Positions 27,252 through 36,764 of a stretch of 43,523 bases of DNA are shown here, one piece after another. The notes beneath the pieces are model-generated. The model was not told where the DNA came from and ran no database searches. It saw only the letters and a program-made list of their open reading frames with translations. Each line of letters begins with the position of its first letter. The first letter of the stretch is position 1. The stretch comes from a virus (Duplodnaviria > Caudoviricetes), in IMG/VR virus record IMGVR_UViG_3300030332_000461, positions 1 through 43,523 of that record, one strand, 5' to 3'. Both the position numbers and the translations under genes were made by a program.

Positions 27252-27613
27252 TGTCGAATGATGTGAATACCCTAGTCGATGCTCTCATCACAAAGATGGA
27301 GCGAATGGATGGGGATATTCAGACTCTTAGAGACCAAAACCACGAATTGCACAAGATGATGAGTAACCCTGTATCTATGTTACAGAAGGCTGGGTATGTG
27401 AGGGCATCCACACCTTCTACCGAGGATGTTTGGGGTGACCCACTTCGTGGGGATAGGAACGCCGTTATCGAGAAGGCAGCCGTCATGGTGGATGGAATCT
27501 TGGTAGAACCACCTACTGACAATAAAGACTGGCACGATATGGGCTGGGAGGAGATTCACGCTATGGCTGAACAGGCCGCAGTAGCAGAAGGAAGGCCGGT
27601 GGACCAACAATGA
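27248..27613 (+). CDS. Coiled-coil head-region protein with scaffold-like C-terminal motif
   Basis: 121 aa; N-terminal coil; MGWEEIHAMA resembles the scaffold end MSWDDVHRLA. Confidence 0.75.
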   Translation: MMSNDVNTLVDALITKMERMDGDIQTLRDQNHELHKMMSNPVSMLQKAGYVRASTPSTEDVWGDPLRGDRNAVIEKAAVMVDGILVEPPTDNKDWHDMGWEEIHAMAEQAAVAEGRPVDQQ

Positions 27614-28329
27614 AGCCAATGCAGGTAGAAGCAGGGCAGCATGCCCCAGATGTAGACGAAATGATAGAGAAAGCAGGTAGTATGGTTGAGAAGTTGGAGA
27701 TGGATAACTCTCAGATTCGTAATATCACCGGGGTAGAACAAGCCCCAATGAATCATTATCACACCAATCAAGAGTTGCCAAGCGACCTAGAGGAGGTCAC
27801 CAACAAGGGTGCTAGTAGCGAGAGTGTGAGTTTCATAGACGCTAACCCTCATCAGACAGGTTCTACTTTGGACGCCCACGAGAATCCCTCTGGTGGAGAC
27901 CCCCACCCCCCTTCTTCTTACACACACTCCAGTGTGGGTAAGCCCCCTTCTGACATCAAGAAGGAAATTGAGATAATTCTGAAGAAGCGGTGTCCTTGTG
28001 GTGATAAGGGCTGTAAGGGCTGTAAAGTATCCAAAGCAGGCGACCCTCTAGCGGCCCTCTTAGGAGGTGCTGGTGGTGGTCCCCCAGGTGGTGGACCTCC
28101 AGATGATATGGGTGGTGGACCTCCAGGCGATATGCCCCCAGGTGGTGGTGAGGAGGATATGCCCGATGACCCTATGGAACTCGGTGACAAAATCAAAGCA
28201 ATGGTAGACAAACTCACAGACAAGGCTTCCTCAGATGGTGGCGGACCTCCAGATGACATGGGTGGTGGACCTCCTGGTGGACCTCCTGGTGGCGGACCAC
28301 CGATGGGTGGACCTCCTGGTGGAATGTGA
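27610..28329 (+). CDS. Hypothetical protein with GGPP repeats and CPC..CKGC motif
   Basis: 239 aa; ATGA overlap; Gly/Pro-rich C-terminal third. Confidence 0.75.
   Translation: MKPMQVEAGQHAPDVDEMIEKAGSMVEKLEMDNSQIRNITGVEQAPMNHYHTNQELPSDLEEVTNKGASSESVSFIDANPHQTGSTLDAHENPSGGDPHPPSSYTHSSVGKPPSDIKKEIEIILKKRCPCGDKGCKGCKVSKAGDPLAALLGGAGGGPPGGGPPDDMGGGPPGDMPPGGGEEDMPDDPMELGDKIKAMVDKLTDKASSDGGGPPDDMGGGPPGGPPGGGPPMGGPPGGM
28063..28326 (+). repeat. Degenerate GGPP / GGGPPDDM coding repeats
   Basis: ggtggtggacctcc units recur; GGGPPDDMGGGPPG occurs twice. Confidence 0.8.
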
Positions 28330-28347
28330 TAGGGCGGTGGTGATGGT

Positions 28348-31300
28348 GTGCTCGAGAATGCTGAGGATTATTTCCTAAGCAGCAAGGCACGCTACCAGCA
28401 ATCCCAAGACGACGAAGACGCTGCAGAACTCTTCTTCGCCATCAGGAACATGCTCAACCATGGGCTGGATGTAGAGTGGGACGACACCCTTCTCAAGATG
28501 GAGGAGGTCCTCAAGGCCAAGGGAGTCGAGACTAGGGAGTCTATGGAGCCTGTCACAACCAATCAGAGGAAGCCGGGTGTCAGGCCGAAAGAGAGGTTGA
28601 GAGAGGACACGAAGAGGCGAGGTGGACCACCTCCCCAAGTACCCAGTGGGCCCGACCCCGCTGACTCGGACAAGTACATAATCGACCCACATCTAGTGAG
28701 GAGAAAAACTGGGTCGAAATCTCTAGGGGTCGATGAGCAGGGTAAGTCACTCGGGTCTGAGGAGTATCTCTATGACACTATGAGAATGGTGGGTAGCAGA
28801 GAGGCAAAACAGGCTAACACCTCCATTATCCCCAGTAGGGCGTTCGATGTACCGGCACTTCTCCCGTTCGCCAAAATCAAAGACATAGACCCGAACATCT
28901 TCTTCAATAACACGATAGAGGAACTGAAGGAGAAGGAGAATGAGTTGGTTCCAGGGAGCACTGTTATCACCTATGGTCACTATCTCAGTGCTTTGACCGG
29001 CAGGCCGATGTATACTGGGGAGGAGACTAGACTGGACCCCATACAGGCTCTGCACATGTTCAGTGACTCGCGTGGGGCGGGTACTGTGAAGAACTCGGCT
29101 CACAAGTTCCATGCTGACTTCCTCCATCCGGACTCCCCTCATTTTGTGCACAAGGTGGAACGGGAAATCAAGAAGAAGAACGAGGAGGTCTACCGGAGAC
29201 GCAACGGGAAGACGGAGAAGAGCCATCTTCATGACCCGAGGGCTAGGGACAGGCATGGTGAGGTGGTAGGTGACGAACTGCCTCCGGACCACACATTCAC
29301 TAGGATGTACGAGGAGAGCATGATTGACTGGTTCGAGCGCAACAAGGACAAACTAGCAGACGACATGACCGAGAGAGAACTCAGGATACTGTACAGCCAC
29401 TGGTACGATTTACAGTTCGATGGGGCGAGTGATGACTTCATCGCCAAGAGGCTCTTGACTCGAGATGGTAGATTAAACAGGGAGCACAGTCGTAGCGAGA
29501 CGATGATTGACCCAGAGTTCCAAGAGATGAGAGACGACTCCCCGAACCGTGTGGGTCTGCTCCCTCTCTTACTGGGTCTGCAGTTGGCTAGCCCCAATGA
29601 CCGCAAGGACGCCTTCGGTGAGTTCATCTCCTATTTGCAGGATGATAACCGACATCCCATCAATTTACCTAAGCGTGACCCTGAGGGTGGTCCTGACAGG
29701 CACGGTCTGAGAAAACAGAACCCAGCGGACATGCGTATAGAGGACCTGCTCGACCATATGCACACAGCCTTGGCTAGGAACTTGACTGCCATGGGAAGCA
29801 ATTGGATGGGGCATCCCCTAGAGACTAGGGACAACCACATGCCTCCTTGGTTCTCCATGGACTCCAAACTCAAGGAGTCCGTCATCAAGGACGCTCTTTC
29901 TCTAGCCCACCACGCTCCGGTGTCTTCCGACTATCTGAAGACTGTTGCTGGGAAGGGGGCTCTGAAGGGCTATGATGAATCGGGTACCCTTGGGCTGTCC
30001 CGAGCCAAGAGCATGACTTCTCACATGAAGGGCTCAGGAGTACCATGGGACCATAACCTAGGAGCACCGGAGGACTGGGACTATGATGAAGACCCGATGG
30101 AGCAGTTCGAGAAGTTCATCCATTATCTGCCTAGTGAGTTTAGGAAGGGTGCTAGAGAGAGGTTCGAGGTCTGGCTGAACGAGGACCCTAGGGGTTTGAT
30201 TAGGGGGCTTGCACAGCAATACCACCGTGATGCTGCTCATGAGAACTGGGCTCTAGAGCCGATTGTAGAGGGTGATGTCGATGAACATGAGGATGTGCAT
30301 GAGGCCCGTGTCAGCCCCGTGCACCTGTGGCACAGCAGTCTACCCAAGACCGGCTACAACCTCTATGGTCCTGACATCGCAGAGATACTGCACTGTTTGA
30401 TGCCCTGCTTGGCTAACAAGGTGAGAAACAAGGATATGATACTGTTCGACACTCACAAGACCCACGCCCCGGAACTGGACACTGAGGAGTATTACGAGTG
30501 GCTCAAGGGAATCGGCAATGCCAAGGACCCCGATACTTGGGACACCAGCCTGCCCTTCAGCAAGAGAGGTGGGATGTCCGGTTTGGCTCAAGAGATAGAC
30601 ACCTATCTGAGAGGTGGGAAGATGGGGGAGATACTCAAGGATGTGTACGAGCGCTCCTATGGGCATCTCACAGACCCGAGCAAAATTACTAGGCAGAACT
30701 TCATCTCAAGAGTGCTGAGTGCTCGTATCGGAGAGGTACTACAGGAAGAGTCCGGTAAAGAGACCGAGGACTCCTTCGATGTGACGGAGTACAACAACGA
30801 TACTGAGGGGCGTCATCAGCGCTCATCTCTAAGGCAAGCAAGGGAGGCTGGTCCCACCTACACGATGCGGAGGAAGAAGCCTCCCATTGAGGGGGCCGAC
30901 AGCCCTCTTGTTAGGGAACCCAACATGAACTTCCCCCTAGGTCGTACCCCCATCAACGATAGGTGGCTTAGAATGATACTCCCCATAGCCTCTGCCAAGG
31001 ACGCTATGTTCTTGAGAAGCCCTGAGGCACTGGGGGTGAGACCTACTCCTGAGGCTTTGAGGGCACTCGGGGTTAAGGAGGAGAGCCAAGACCCCATTGC
31101 CAACTTGAAGGAGGCTGAGGATAGGAGGAGAGATAAGAGTCGGCAAATGGTAGACAGGGCCACCATACTGAGGGGTTCCTCTGGTGGTATACTGTTCCCG
31201 TATCACATGCGTGGACTGTTCATGCCTTGGAAGAACCTGAAGCAGTGGATGATGTCGTCAGTCTTTGGTAAGAAGGTGGCTAACAGGGCCACTCATGATG

Positions 31301-34300
31301 GGTTAAGGGATGAGCATGGCCTTAGGAGAGGGGCGGGACTACTGGATATCTTGGAGCACAAGGGTGTTTCCGGTAACAGGGGTTTGGATGCTGGGCAACT
31401 GCATCTCCTAGTCTCCTCAATCCTAGGTAACGGGAATGCAGACCCATGGCTCTTCGAGCATGACGGTAACGACACCTTGGTCTTGGACCAGCCCATGGCA
31501 TGGGGTGACAAATGGGCCAAGAAGATGGCTTCGTGGTACGAGCAACTGGACCACCCCCATGTATCGGAATCCTCTCTCAAGGGTCATTTGGGGGTGTTCA
31601 CCAACGATTACTGGAGAAACCACCCCGATGTCCGTGATGGGAGGTACATGTATGAGGTGACTAAGGAGACTGGAGACAGTGGGGATGAAGAGTACAGGCT
31701 CCCGATGAAGAAGGACGAGGCCCATCCCCCTTCCAGCAGTGGTAAGACAGTCGCGGTACCGGACCTCCCTGACAACCCAGTGAGATGTCCTAGCGAGTAC
31801 GAGGGCTATCCTCAGTGGAAGGAGCAGTTCAGTCTGTATCATGAGTCTACTCCCCACCCCCAGTTCCCCGAACGGGGGTCTAGAGAAGGCGGACTGAAGG
31901 ATGTCGTAGGCACTCAGGGGATATATCCTGGGAAGCCTTGGATGGTAGTGCCCAAGGACGCTGTCATCGAGCGTGATGGTAGGTACTTCCTCATTGGGGA
32001 GCACCCCTCGAAAATCAAAGATGAGTACAGTCAGATACTGTCTGACTATGACAGGGGTGGGGGCACTAATGAGCACAGGGACCTCATACTCTCCCTTAGG
32101 AGGGAGGCTAGGAGGATGGCTCCCGACACAGAGGGGGGAAGCGAGAGGACAGCGAACTCCAATGAGAAGATGCTCACCTACGAGTTTGTAGCGAGGTTAC
32201 TCGCTCACAGACACCAAGCCATTAGGGCAGTCCTCCCCTTCCTCATTGCTAGAGTAGCATCCGAGCATGACCCCGGAGACCTAGAGGAGGGGGATTTGAC
32301 TGATGAGGCAAAAGCGACTCTGAAGAGTCGTGACTTCATCAAGAACTACATCAGCCACCAAACTGGAGACAACAGGCAGCAGAGCGCATCGAAGTACGCT
32401 AACATGTGCTATCTCTATGACAAGGCTGCGGAGTACGCTGATTCCTCCCATATAGAAAGCAGGGGGAGGTTCATCGAGAGCCTAGAGAAGAAGGGCTTCC
32501 GCTTCAGTGACGAGGAGAAAGAGAGTTTCCTCTCACGAACTTTAGGCAGCAACGCACGGTTCGGCATGGTGGACTGGAACCTGCCCGAAAAGGGGATTGA
32601 TGCAACGCACCCGTTTTGGGATGCCTTCCAAGAAGGACGGACTAGGGATATAGAGGGCCTTAACCTGTTACGCAGTTATGTTGGGAAGATGTATGAGCGA
32701 GAACGGGGTAGATATGACCCAAAGCACGACGCTGTCATAGAAGCGATGGACTCCCATTTCCGACTGTTCGGTAATTTGGGGAAGACAGGACGCTATGTGC
32801 AGACAGAGGGGGGTAAAGAGCGACTCAGTGGGGGGCCTGGTGTGGAACAGCCTGTTGATGAACCCCTTTCCGAACTACAGAGACCAGGACAAGGAGACAA
32901 GCACATGGCTGCGATTGAAGCGGCTCAGCATCACCAGAAGGGGAGGCTCAGCGATATCTCAGAACCTAAGGTGTCAGACGCCCCTGGGATGGAAGAGAGC
33001 AAGAGGACCACACGAACAGACTTCGCATCTAGGGGGGTGAGGGCTCAGAACAGCCTAGACCTCAAGGACTATTTCGATGAGATGATGAAGGACCCCATGG
33101 AAGCGATTAAGATAAACGACTTCATCAGTGCTATCGGCCCAGTCATCAAGAACCTAGTTGACGACCTAGGTACCGACGATTTACTGTTGGAGCATCGCCC
33201 TCACCAGAAGTTCGACCCCACAAACAGGGACGATGTACTGAGAGAGTACACTAGACTGCTCTACCTAAGGGGTCGAGTCAATCCGAACCACCGACCTACA
33301 CCTATACCCTCGAGGGCCCATTGGAACCAAAACGACACGGGAGACAACAGGCCTGAGGGCTCTGAGTCAGTGGGTCTACACAGGATGAGACTTCTTGACC
33401 CGTCCAGTGTTTGGGCCACCCAGCACTTCTCCAATCACTCAGCCATACCGTTCAGGATAGAGGTGGGGTCAGGGGTCTCCAAGCCTGCTGGTTCTGAGAA
33501 GCATCCAGCGGCGGTAGTCAGAGAGCACACTGTCCCTCCTTGGGATGTACATGTGAGTGGAGGGTATGACGACCCTTCGAGACTACCCACCTTATCACAG
33601 AGGGAACAAAATCAGGCTAAGGGTGACCCAGGAGACCTATTGAGCATCCCCTACAGGACCTATCACCCCACAGTCATCAATTCCGCGTTCGGTCAGCGGT
33701 ATTGTGACAGGAGCGAAAATGCTAACATCGGAGCCGCTACCGAGATGACGGAGGGTGATGACTTGCAACTCTCGTTGGATGTCTTGACTGATGTGGATTT
33801 GCTCCTCAAGGACGAGGACAGGGATAAGGGTAAACCGGGCCCCGTCAAGGCTATGCACCGTATTTTCGACCTTGGTGACCTAGAGTATCTCAGAGGGTTC
33901 TCTGATGATTGGGTGGTCAGTTCATGGCCCCCCGGAACTAGGCTCATTGTGGAGAAGAAGGGGAAGAAGGTGAAGGCTCGCAACTCAGAGGGGAAGGCAG
34001 TCTCTCTACCTAACGAGGTGAAGCGGGGTGTTTCGGACGCCTTCGATAAGAACTTCATGGTCGATGCTGTATGGGATAAGGAGGTGTTGCACATAGTGGA
34101 CATACTGGAGAGTGGCGACACCGACCTGTCTGTCGAAGCCACTAAGGACAGAAGCAGGACACTGAGAGCCAAGTTCGAGTCCACTGAGAAGGTAGTGACC
34201 CCAGCCCCAGTTAACACCAAGAGGGTGGATGGAGAGGGTCTCGAAAGGGCAGTCAAGGACCTGATGAAGGAACCTGATGTGAAGCAGGTCCTGTTGAGAG

Positions 34301-35331
34301 ACGCAGAATCCACCTACATGAGGGGGGAGTCGCGTCACCCGAAGTGGGTCATGCTCAGTCCAGACCAATTGGTCGATGTCCTAGTGCTCTCTTCCTCCAG
34401 TGACGACAACCATTTGATTGGAGTAGGCCCACTCTATGACGAGGATGCTAGAGCCATTGGCAACAGAGCAGTTAGGTATGATGGGAACTACTACATGGAT
34501 GTGGGTTCAGTCTCCCGCTCTGGACTGGAGGAGGGCATGTACATCACCGTGAAGACCTCGGGTATCTCCCATTCCGTCCGACGCAAATACTCCGTCTACC
34601 GATTAAACGCTCCCCGTTATGTCAGAGAGGCGGAGGGGAGTGCTACAGACAGTGTTGAGACATTGGATATACTGCGTAACAGGCAGGAGGGTAATGTACC
34701 TCATAGGGTTCGAGTCAAAAAGGGAAACATACACATCGAAGTACCAACTGGTCATGTTGTCTATGAGACCGAATCATACGGTAACGCATTTTTGTTGAAG
34801 GGGGTGGACTATCCCGATGATTACACCTTGAGAGTCGTTGAGAGTCAAAGGGAATATTGGTCACCCTTAGCGGCAGTTCTGCTCCGTTCTGAGAAGGAAG
34901 CAGTGGTCCCCGAACCACCGGCCAACCATGACAAGAAACCGAAGAAGGTGCTCCCTAAGAGGGACCAGTTGCTCAAAGACCCCGAAGTGGTCAAGACCGT
35001 GGTCATAGCCCTCGAAACAGTCGAGACTATGTTGAAAGAAAAGATTACTTGGACAGGCCCAAAGGCTCTTGGCATGAATTATGGCACCGGCGTGGAGTCA
35101 CCTCATGGGCCTACCAAGGTAACTGAGCCATATGATTTGCCCGACCATGACCCTGCTGCTAGACAGAAGGAGCCCAAGGCTTGTTGGTGTGGTGCTGAGA
35201 AAGGTGAGGACTGTAAACAGGGGTTAGGACAGATGATGGAAGACTGCCCGAAAGCACATGCTCCCAAGAAAGAGAGAAAGCCGCACCACTTGGAAGTTTC
35301 TCAGATTTCTCATAAAGATTCTTCCGCGTGA
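28348..35331 (+). CDS. Giant 2327-aa protein with C-terminal degenerate ATP-dependent DNA-ligase-like domain
   Basis: GGTGGTGA SD before GTG; ligase-like segments in canonical order from ~33900: WVVSSWPPGTR, FMVDAV, LHIVDIL, DRSRTL, VLLRDAESTYMRG..KWVML, then an OB-like region; catalytic Lys appears absent. Confidence 0.75.
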   Translation: MLENAEDYFLSSKARYQQSQDDEDAAELFFAIRNMLNHGLDVEWDDTLLKMEEVLKAKGVETRESMEPVTTNQRKPGVRPKERLREDTKRRGGPPPQVPSGPDPADSDKYIIDPHLVRRKTGSKSLGVDEQGKSLGSEEYLYDTMRMVGSREAKQANTSIIPSRAFDVPALLPFAKIKDIDPNIFFNNTIEELKEKENELVPGSTVITYGHYLSALTGRPMYTGEETRLDPIQALHMFSDSRGAGTVKNSAHKFHADFLHPDSPHFVHKVEREIKKKNEEVYRRRNGKTEKSHLHDPRARDRHGEVVGDELPPDHTFTRMYEESMIDWFERNKDKLADDMTERELRILYSHWYDLQFDGASDDFIAKRLLTRDGRLNREHSRSETMIDPEFQEMRDDSPNRVGLLPLLLGLQLASPNDRKDAFGEFISYLQDDNRHPINLPKRDPEGGPDRHGLRKQNPADMRIEDLLDHMHTALARNLTAMGSNWMGHPLETRDNHMPPWFSMDSKLKESVIKDALSLAHHAPVSSDYLKTVAGKGALKGYDESGTLGLSRAKSMTSHMKGSGVPWDHNLGAPEDWDYDEDPMEQFEKFIHYLPSEFRKGARERFEVWLNEDPRGLIRGLAQQYHRDAAHENWALEPIVEGDVDEHEDVHEARVSPVHLWHSSLPKTGYNLYGPDIAEILHCLMPCLANKVRNKDMILFDTHKTHAPELDTEEYYEWLKGIGNAKDPDTWDTSLPFSKRGGMSGLAQEIDTYLRGGKMGEILKDVYERSYGHLTDPSKITRQNFISRVLSARIGEVLQEESGKETEDSFDVTEYNNDTEGRHQRSSLRQAREAGPTYTMRRKKPPIEGADSPLVREPNMNFPLGRTPINDRWLRMILPIASAKDAMFLRSPEALGVRPTPEALRALGVKEESQDPIANLKEAEDRRRDKSRQMVDRATILRGSSGGILFPYHMRGLFMPWKNLKQWMMSSVFGKKVANRATHDGLRDEHGLRRGAGLLDILEHKGVSGNRGLDAGQLHLLVSSILGNGNADPWLFEHDGNDTLVLDQPMAWGDKWAKKMASWYEQLDHPHVSESSLKGHLGVFTNDYWRNHPDVRDGRYMYEVTKETGDSGDEEYRLPMKKDEAHPPSSSGKTVAVPDLPDNPVRCPSEYEGYPQWKEQFSLYHESTPHPQFPERGSREGGLKDVVGTQGIYPGKPWMVVPKDAVIERDGRYFLIGEHPSKIKDEYSQILSDYDRGGGTNEHRDLILSLRREARRMAPDTEGGSERTANSNEKMLTYEFVARLLAHRHQAIRAVLPFLIARVASEHDPGDLEEGDLTDEAKATLKSRDFIKNYISHQTGDNRQQSASKYANMCYLYDKAAEYADSSHIESRGRFIESLEKKGFRFSDEEKESFLSRTLGSNARFGMVDWNLPEKGIDATHPFWDAFQEGRTRDIEGLNLLRSYVGKMYERERGRYDPKHDAVIEAMDSHFRLFGNLGKTGRYVQTEGGKERLSGGPGVEQPVDEPLSELQRPGQGDKHMAAIEAAQHHQKGRLSDISEPKVSDAPGMEESKRTTRTDFASRGVRAQNSLDLKDYFDEMMKDPMEAIKINDFISAIGPVIKNLVDDLGTDDLLLEHRPHQKFDPTNRDDVLREYTRLLYLRGRVNPNHRPTPIPSRAHWNQNDTGDNRPEGSESVGLHRMRLLDPSSVWATQHFSNHSAIPFRIEVGSGVSKPAGSEKHPAAVVREHTVPPWDVHVSGGYDDPSRLPTLSQREQNQAKGDPGDLLSIPYRTYHPTVINSAFGQRYCDRSENANIGAATEMTEGDDLQLSLDVLTDVDLLLKDEDRDKGKPGPVKAMHRIFDLGDLEYLRGFSDDWVVSSWPPGTRLIVEKKGKKVKARNSEGKAVSLPNEVKRGVSDAFDKNFMVDAVWDKEVLHIVDILESGDTDLSVEATKDRSRTLRAKFESTEKVVTPAPVNTKRVDGEGLERAVKDLMKEPDVKQVLLRDAESTYMRGESRHPKWVMLSPDQLVDVLVLSSSSDDNHLIGVGPLYDEDARAIGNRAVRYDGNYYMDVGSVSRSGLEEGMYITVKTSGISHSVRRKYSVYRLNAPRYVREAEGSATDSVETLDILRNRQEGNVPHRVRVKKGNIHIEVPTGHVVYETESYGNAFLLKGVDYPDDYTLRVVESQREYWSPLAAVLLRSEKEAVVPEPPANHDKKPKKVLPKRDQLLKDPEVVKTVVIALETVETMLKEKITWTGPKALGMNYGTGVESPHGPTKVTEPYDLPDHDPAARQKEPKACWCGAEKGEDCKQGLGQMMEDCPKAHAPKKERKPHHLEVSQISHKDSSA

Positions 35332-35345
35332 TTCATATACCATAA
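35332..35345 (+). promoter_or_regulatory. Possible TATA-like promoter for the protease-capsid operon
   Basis: ttcatataccataa about 30 nt upstream of ATG 35364, with no SD; fits an archaeal leaderless promoter. Confidence 0.35.
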
Positions 35346-35363
35346 GTCCCCATCGCTCGGCCA

Positions 35364-36764
35364 ATGCTGTTGATGGAGGCACCTCTAGACACTCCGATTT
35401 TGCTGAAAGGCAGAACTGGTGACCTTGTTGTTGCAGGCTATGCTTCGGTGGAGATGGTCGATAAGCAAGGTGACCTCATTACGAAGGAAGCGCTCCGAGA
35501 AGCATTCAACAAGTTCATGAAATCACCTGGGTTTAGGAATGTGCAACTAGCACACTCTAACATTCAAGTCGGTTCCGTTATTCCGAAGTACACTGACTCT
35601 AGTGACCGTGTTTGGAAGTCAGAGGTGGATGATACCGGCATGTTCGTAGTCATTCAACTCCGTGATGATATCGAAAAGGCGCGAGAAGTTGCTGCTGAAA
35701 TCCGAAAGGGGAAACTGAAGTCTTTCTCCATAGGTGGGCAGGCCTTCGAGCGCGTTAACAAGAGTAACTCCGAGAGAGGAGATTACCGAGAAATACGCAG
35801 GATGGAACTGCACGAGGTTACCATCTGCGAGAAGGGCATCAATCCAGAGGCCCAATTCCGAATCCTCAAAGAGGACAAAACTGAAACAAAAAAAGGTGAT
35901 AATGAAATGACAGATGCAATGACTGAACTGCAAACTGTCCTAGAACGGTTGTCTAAGAGGTTGGATGAGGTCGATGAGACCGATGAGACCACCCTAAAGG
36001 CCAAGGAGGAGGCTGCGAAGGCAGCCCCCGAAGAGGCTGACAAGGAAGACACCGCGAAGGGCAAGGATGCAAAGGATAAAGACAAAGATGTCGAGGATTC
36101 CGAGAAGTCTGATGCGGAGAAGACCGAAAAGATGGATGATGTGATAACCACAGAATATCTTGATTGGCTGGAGTCGACTGTGAAGTCCGCTGGGTACGAC
36201 CCATCGGCTGCTCGCGGTCACTTCGAGGAGGAGGGTGTCGAGAAGGCATACCTCCAAGAGGGTGCCCATGGCTACGACCATCGTGGACAGGGCAGCATCG
36301 AAGGTGCTGGTGAAGATGATTCGGGGAAGCGACCCAAGATGAACATGGGCGCTGGACCGAGTGGGAACAAGACGGTTATCAAGACCGACGAGTTCATCAG
36401 CCCAGAAATGGTCACTACCGCACAGATTGAGGAAGCCTACGAAGTCTACAAGGCTGCTGCTCTCGAGCAACAGTTCAAGACTGACTTAGGTAATGAGTTC
36501 TCGATTAGACTGCAGAAAGAGGTCCAGGCCAAGGACAGTGAGAGTGACCGAGCAAGATTTGATGCTCGTGGACCCCTCCAAGACCTACAGAAGGCTGTTC
36601 TAGCCCTAGGTGATAGGATTGAGAACTTGGCTTCTGAACCTGGGGAGGACTTCCGTAAGTCCGATTCTGCCGGTGTCACTATTCCCGAAACTACTGAACT
36701 GGCCCAAATGTCGTGGGACGATGTCCACCGACTGGCTTTTTCAGCACTAAGGAGTGATGAGTGA
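35364..36764 (+). CDS. Prohead protease (HK97 type) fused to a scaffold-like C-terminal region
   Basis: VAGYASVEMVDKQGD, catalytic His candidate in QLAHSN, Ser in KSFSIGG, ELHEVTICEKGINPEA; then a long acidic coiled-coil region; immediately before the MCP. Confidence 0.9.
   Translation: MLLMEAPLDTPILLKGRTGDLVVAGYASVEMVDKQGDLITKEALREAFNKFMKSPGFRNVQLAHSNIQVGSVIPKYTDSSDRVWKSEVDDTGMFVVIQLRDDIEKAREVAAEIRKGKLKSFSIGGQAFERVNKSNSERGDYREIRRMELHEVTICEKGINPEAQFRILKEDKTETKKGDNEMTDAMTELQTVLERLSKRLDEVDETDETTLKAKEEAAKAAPEEADKEDTAKGKDAKDKDKDVEDSEKSDAEKTEKMDDVITTEYLDWLESTVKSAGYDPSAARGHFEEEGVEKAYLQEGAHGYDHRGQGSIEGAGEDDSGKRPKMNMGAGPSGNKTVIKTDEFISPEMVTTAQIEEAYEVYKAAALEQQFKTDLGNEFSIRLQKEVQAKDSESDRARFDARGPLQDLQKAVLALGDRIENLASEPGEDFRKSDSAGVTIPETTELAQMSWDDVHRLAFSALRSDE
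35907..36764 (+). CDS. Putative scaffold protein from an in-frame internal start
   Basis: AGGTGA SD (35894-35899) 7 nt before in-frame ATG 35907, right after the protease domain. Confidence 0.55.
   Translation: MTDAMTELQTVLERLSKRLDEVDETDETTLKAKEEAAKAAPEEADKEDTAKGKDAKDKDKDVEDSEKSDAEKTEKMDDVITTEYLDWLESTVKSAGYDPSAARGHFEEEGVEKAYLQEGAHGYDHRGQGSIEGAGEDDSGKRPKMNMGAGPSGNKTVIKTDEFISPEMVTTAQIEEAYEVYKAAALEQQFKTDLGNEFSIRLQKEVQAKDSESDRARFDARGPLQDLQKAVLALGDRIENLASEPGEDFRKSDSAGVTIPETTELAQMSWDDVHRLAFSALRSDE

Noticed and set aside
33850-34680. Active ATP-dependent DNA ligase
   Set aside because: The motif I Lys and other catalytic residues appear substituted; reported as a pseudo-ligase instead
35884-35894. 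Programmed frameshift at the A-run in the protease gene
   Set aside because: The frame is already open through the scaffold; the A-run is better explained as an unstructured leader for the internal SD
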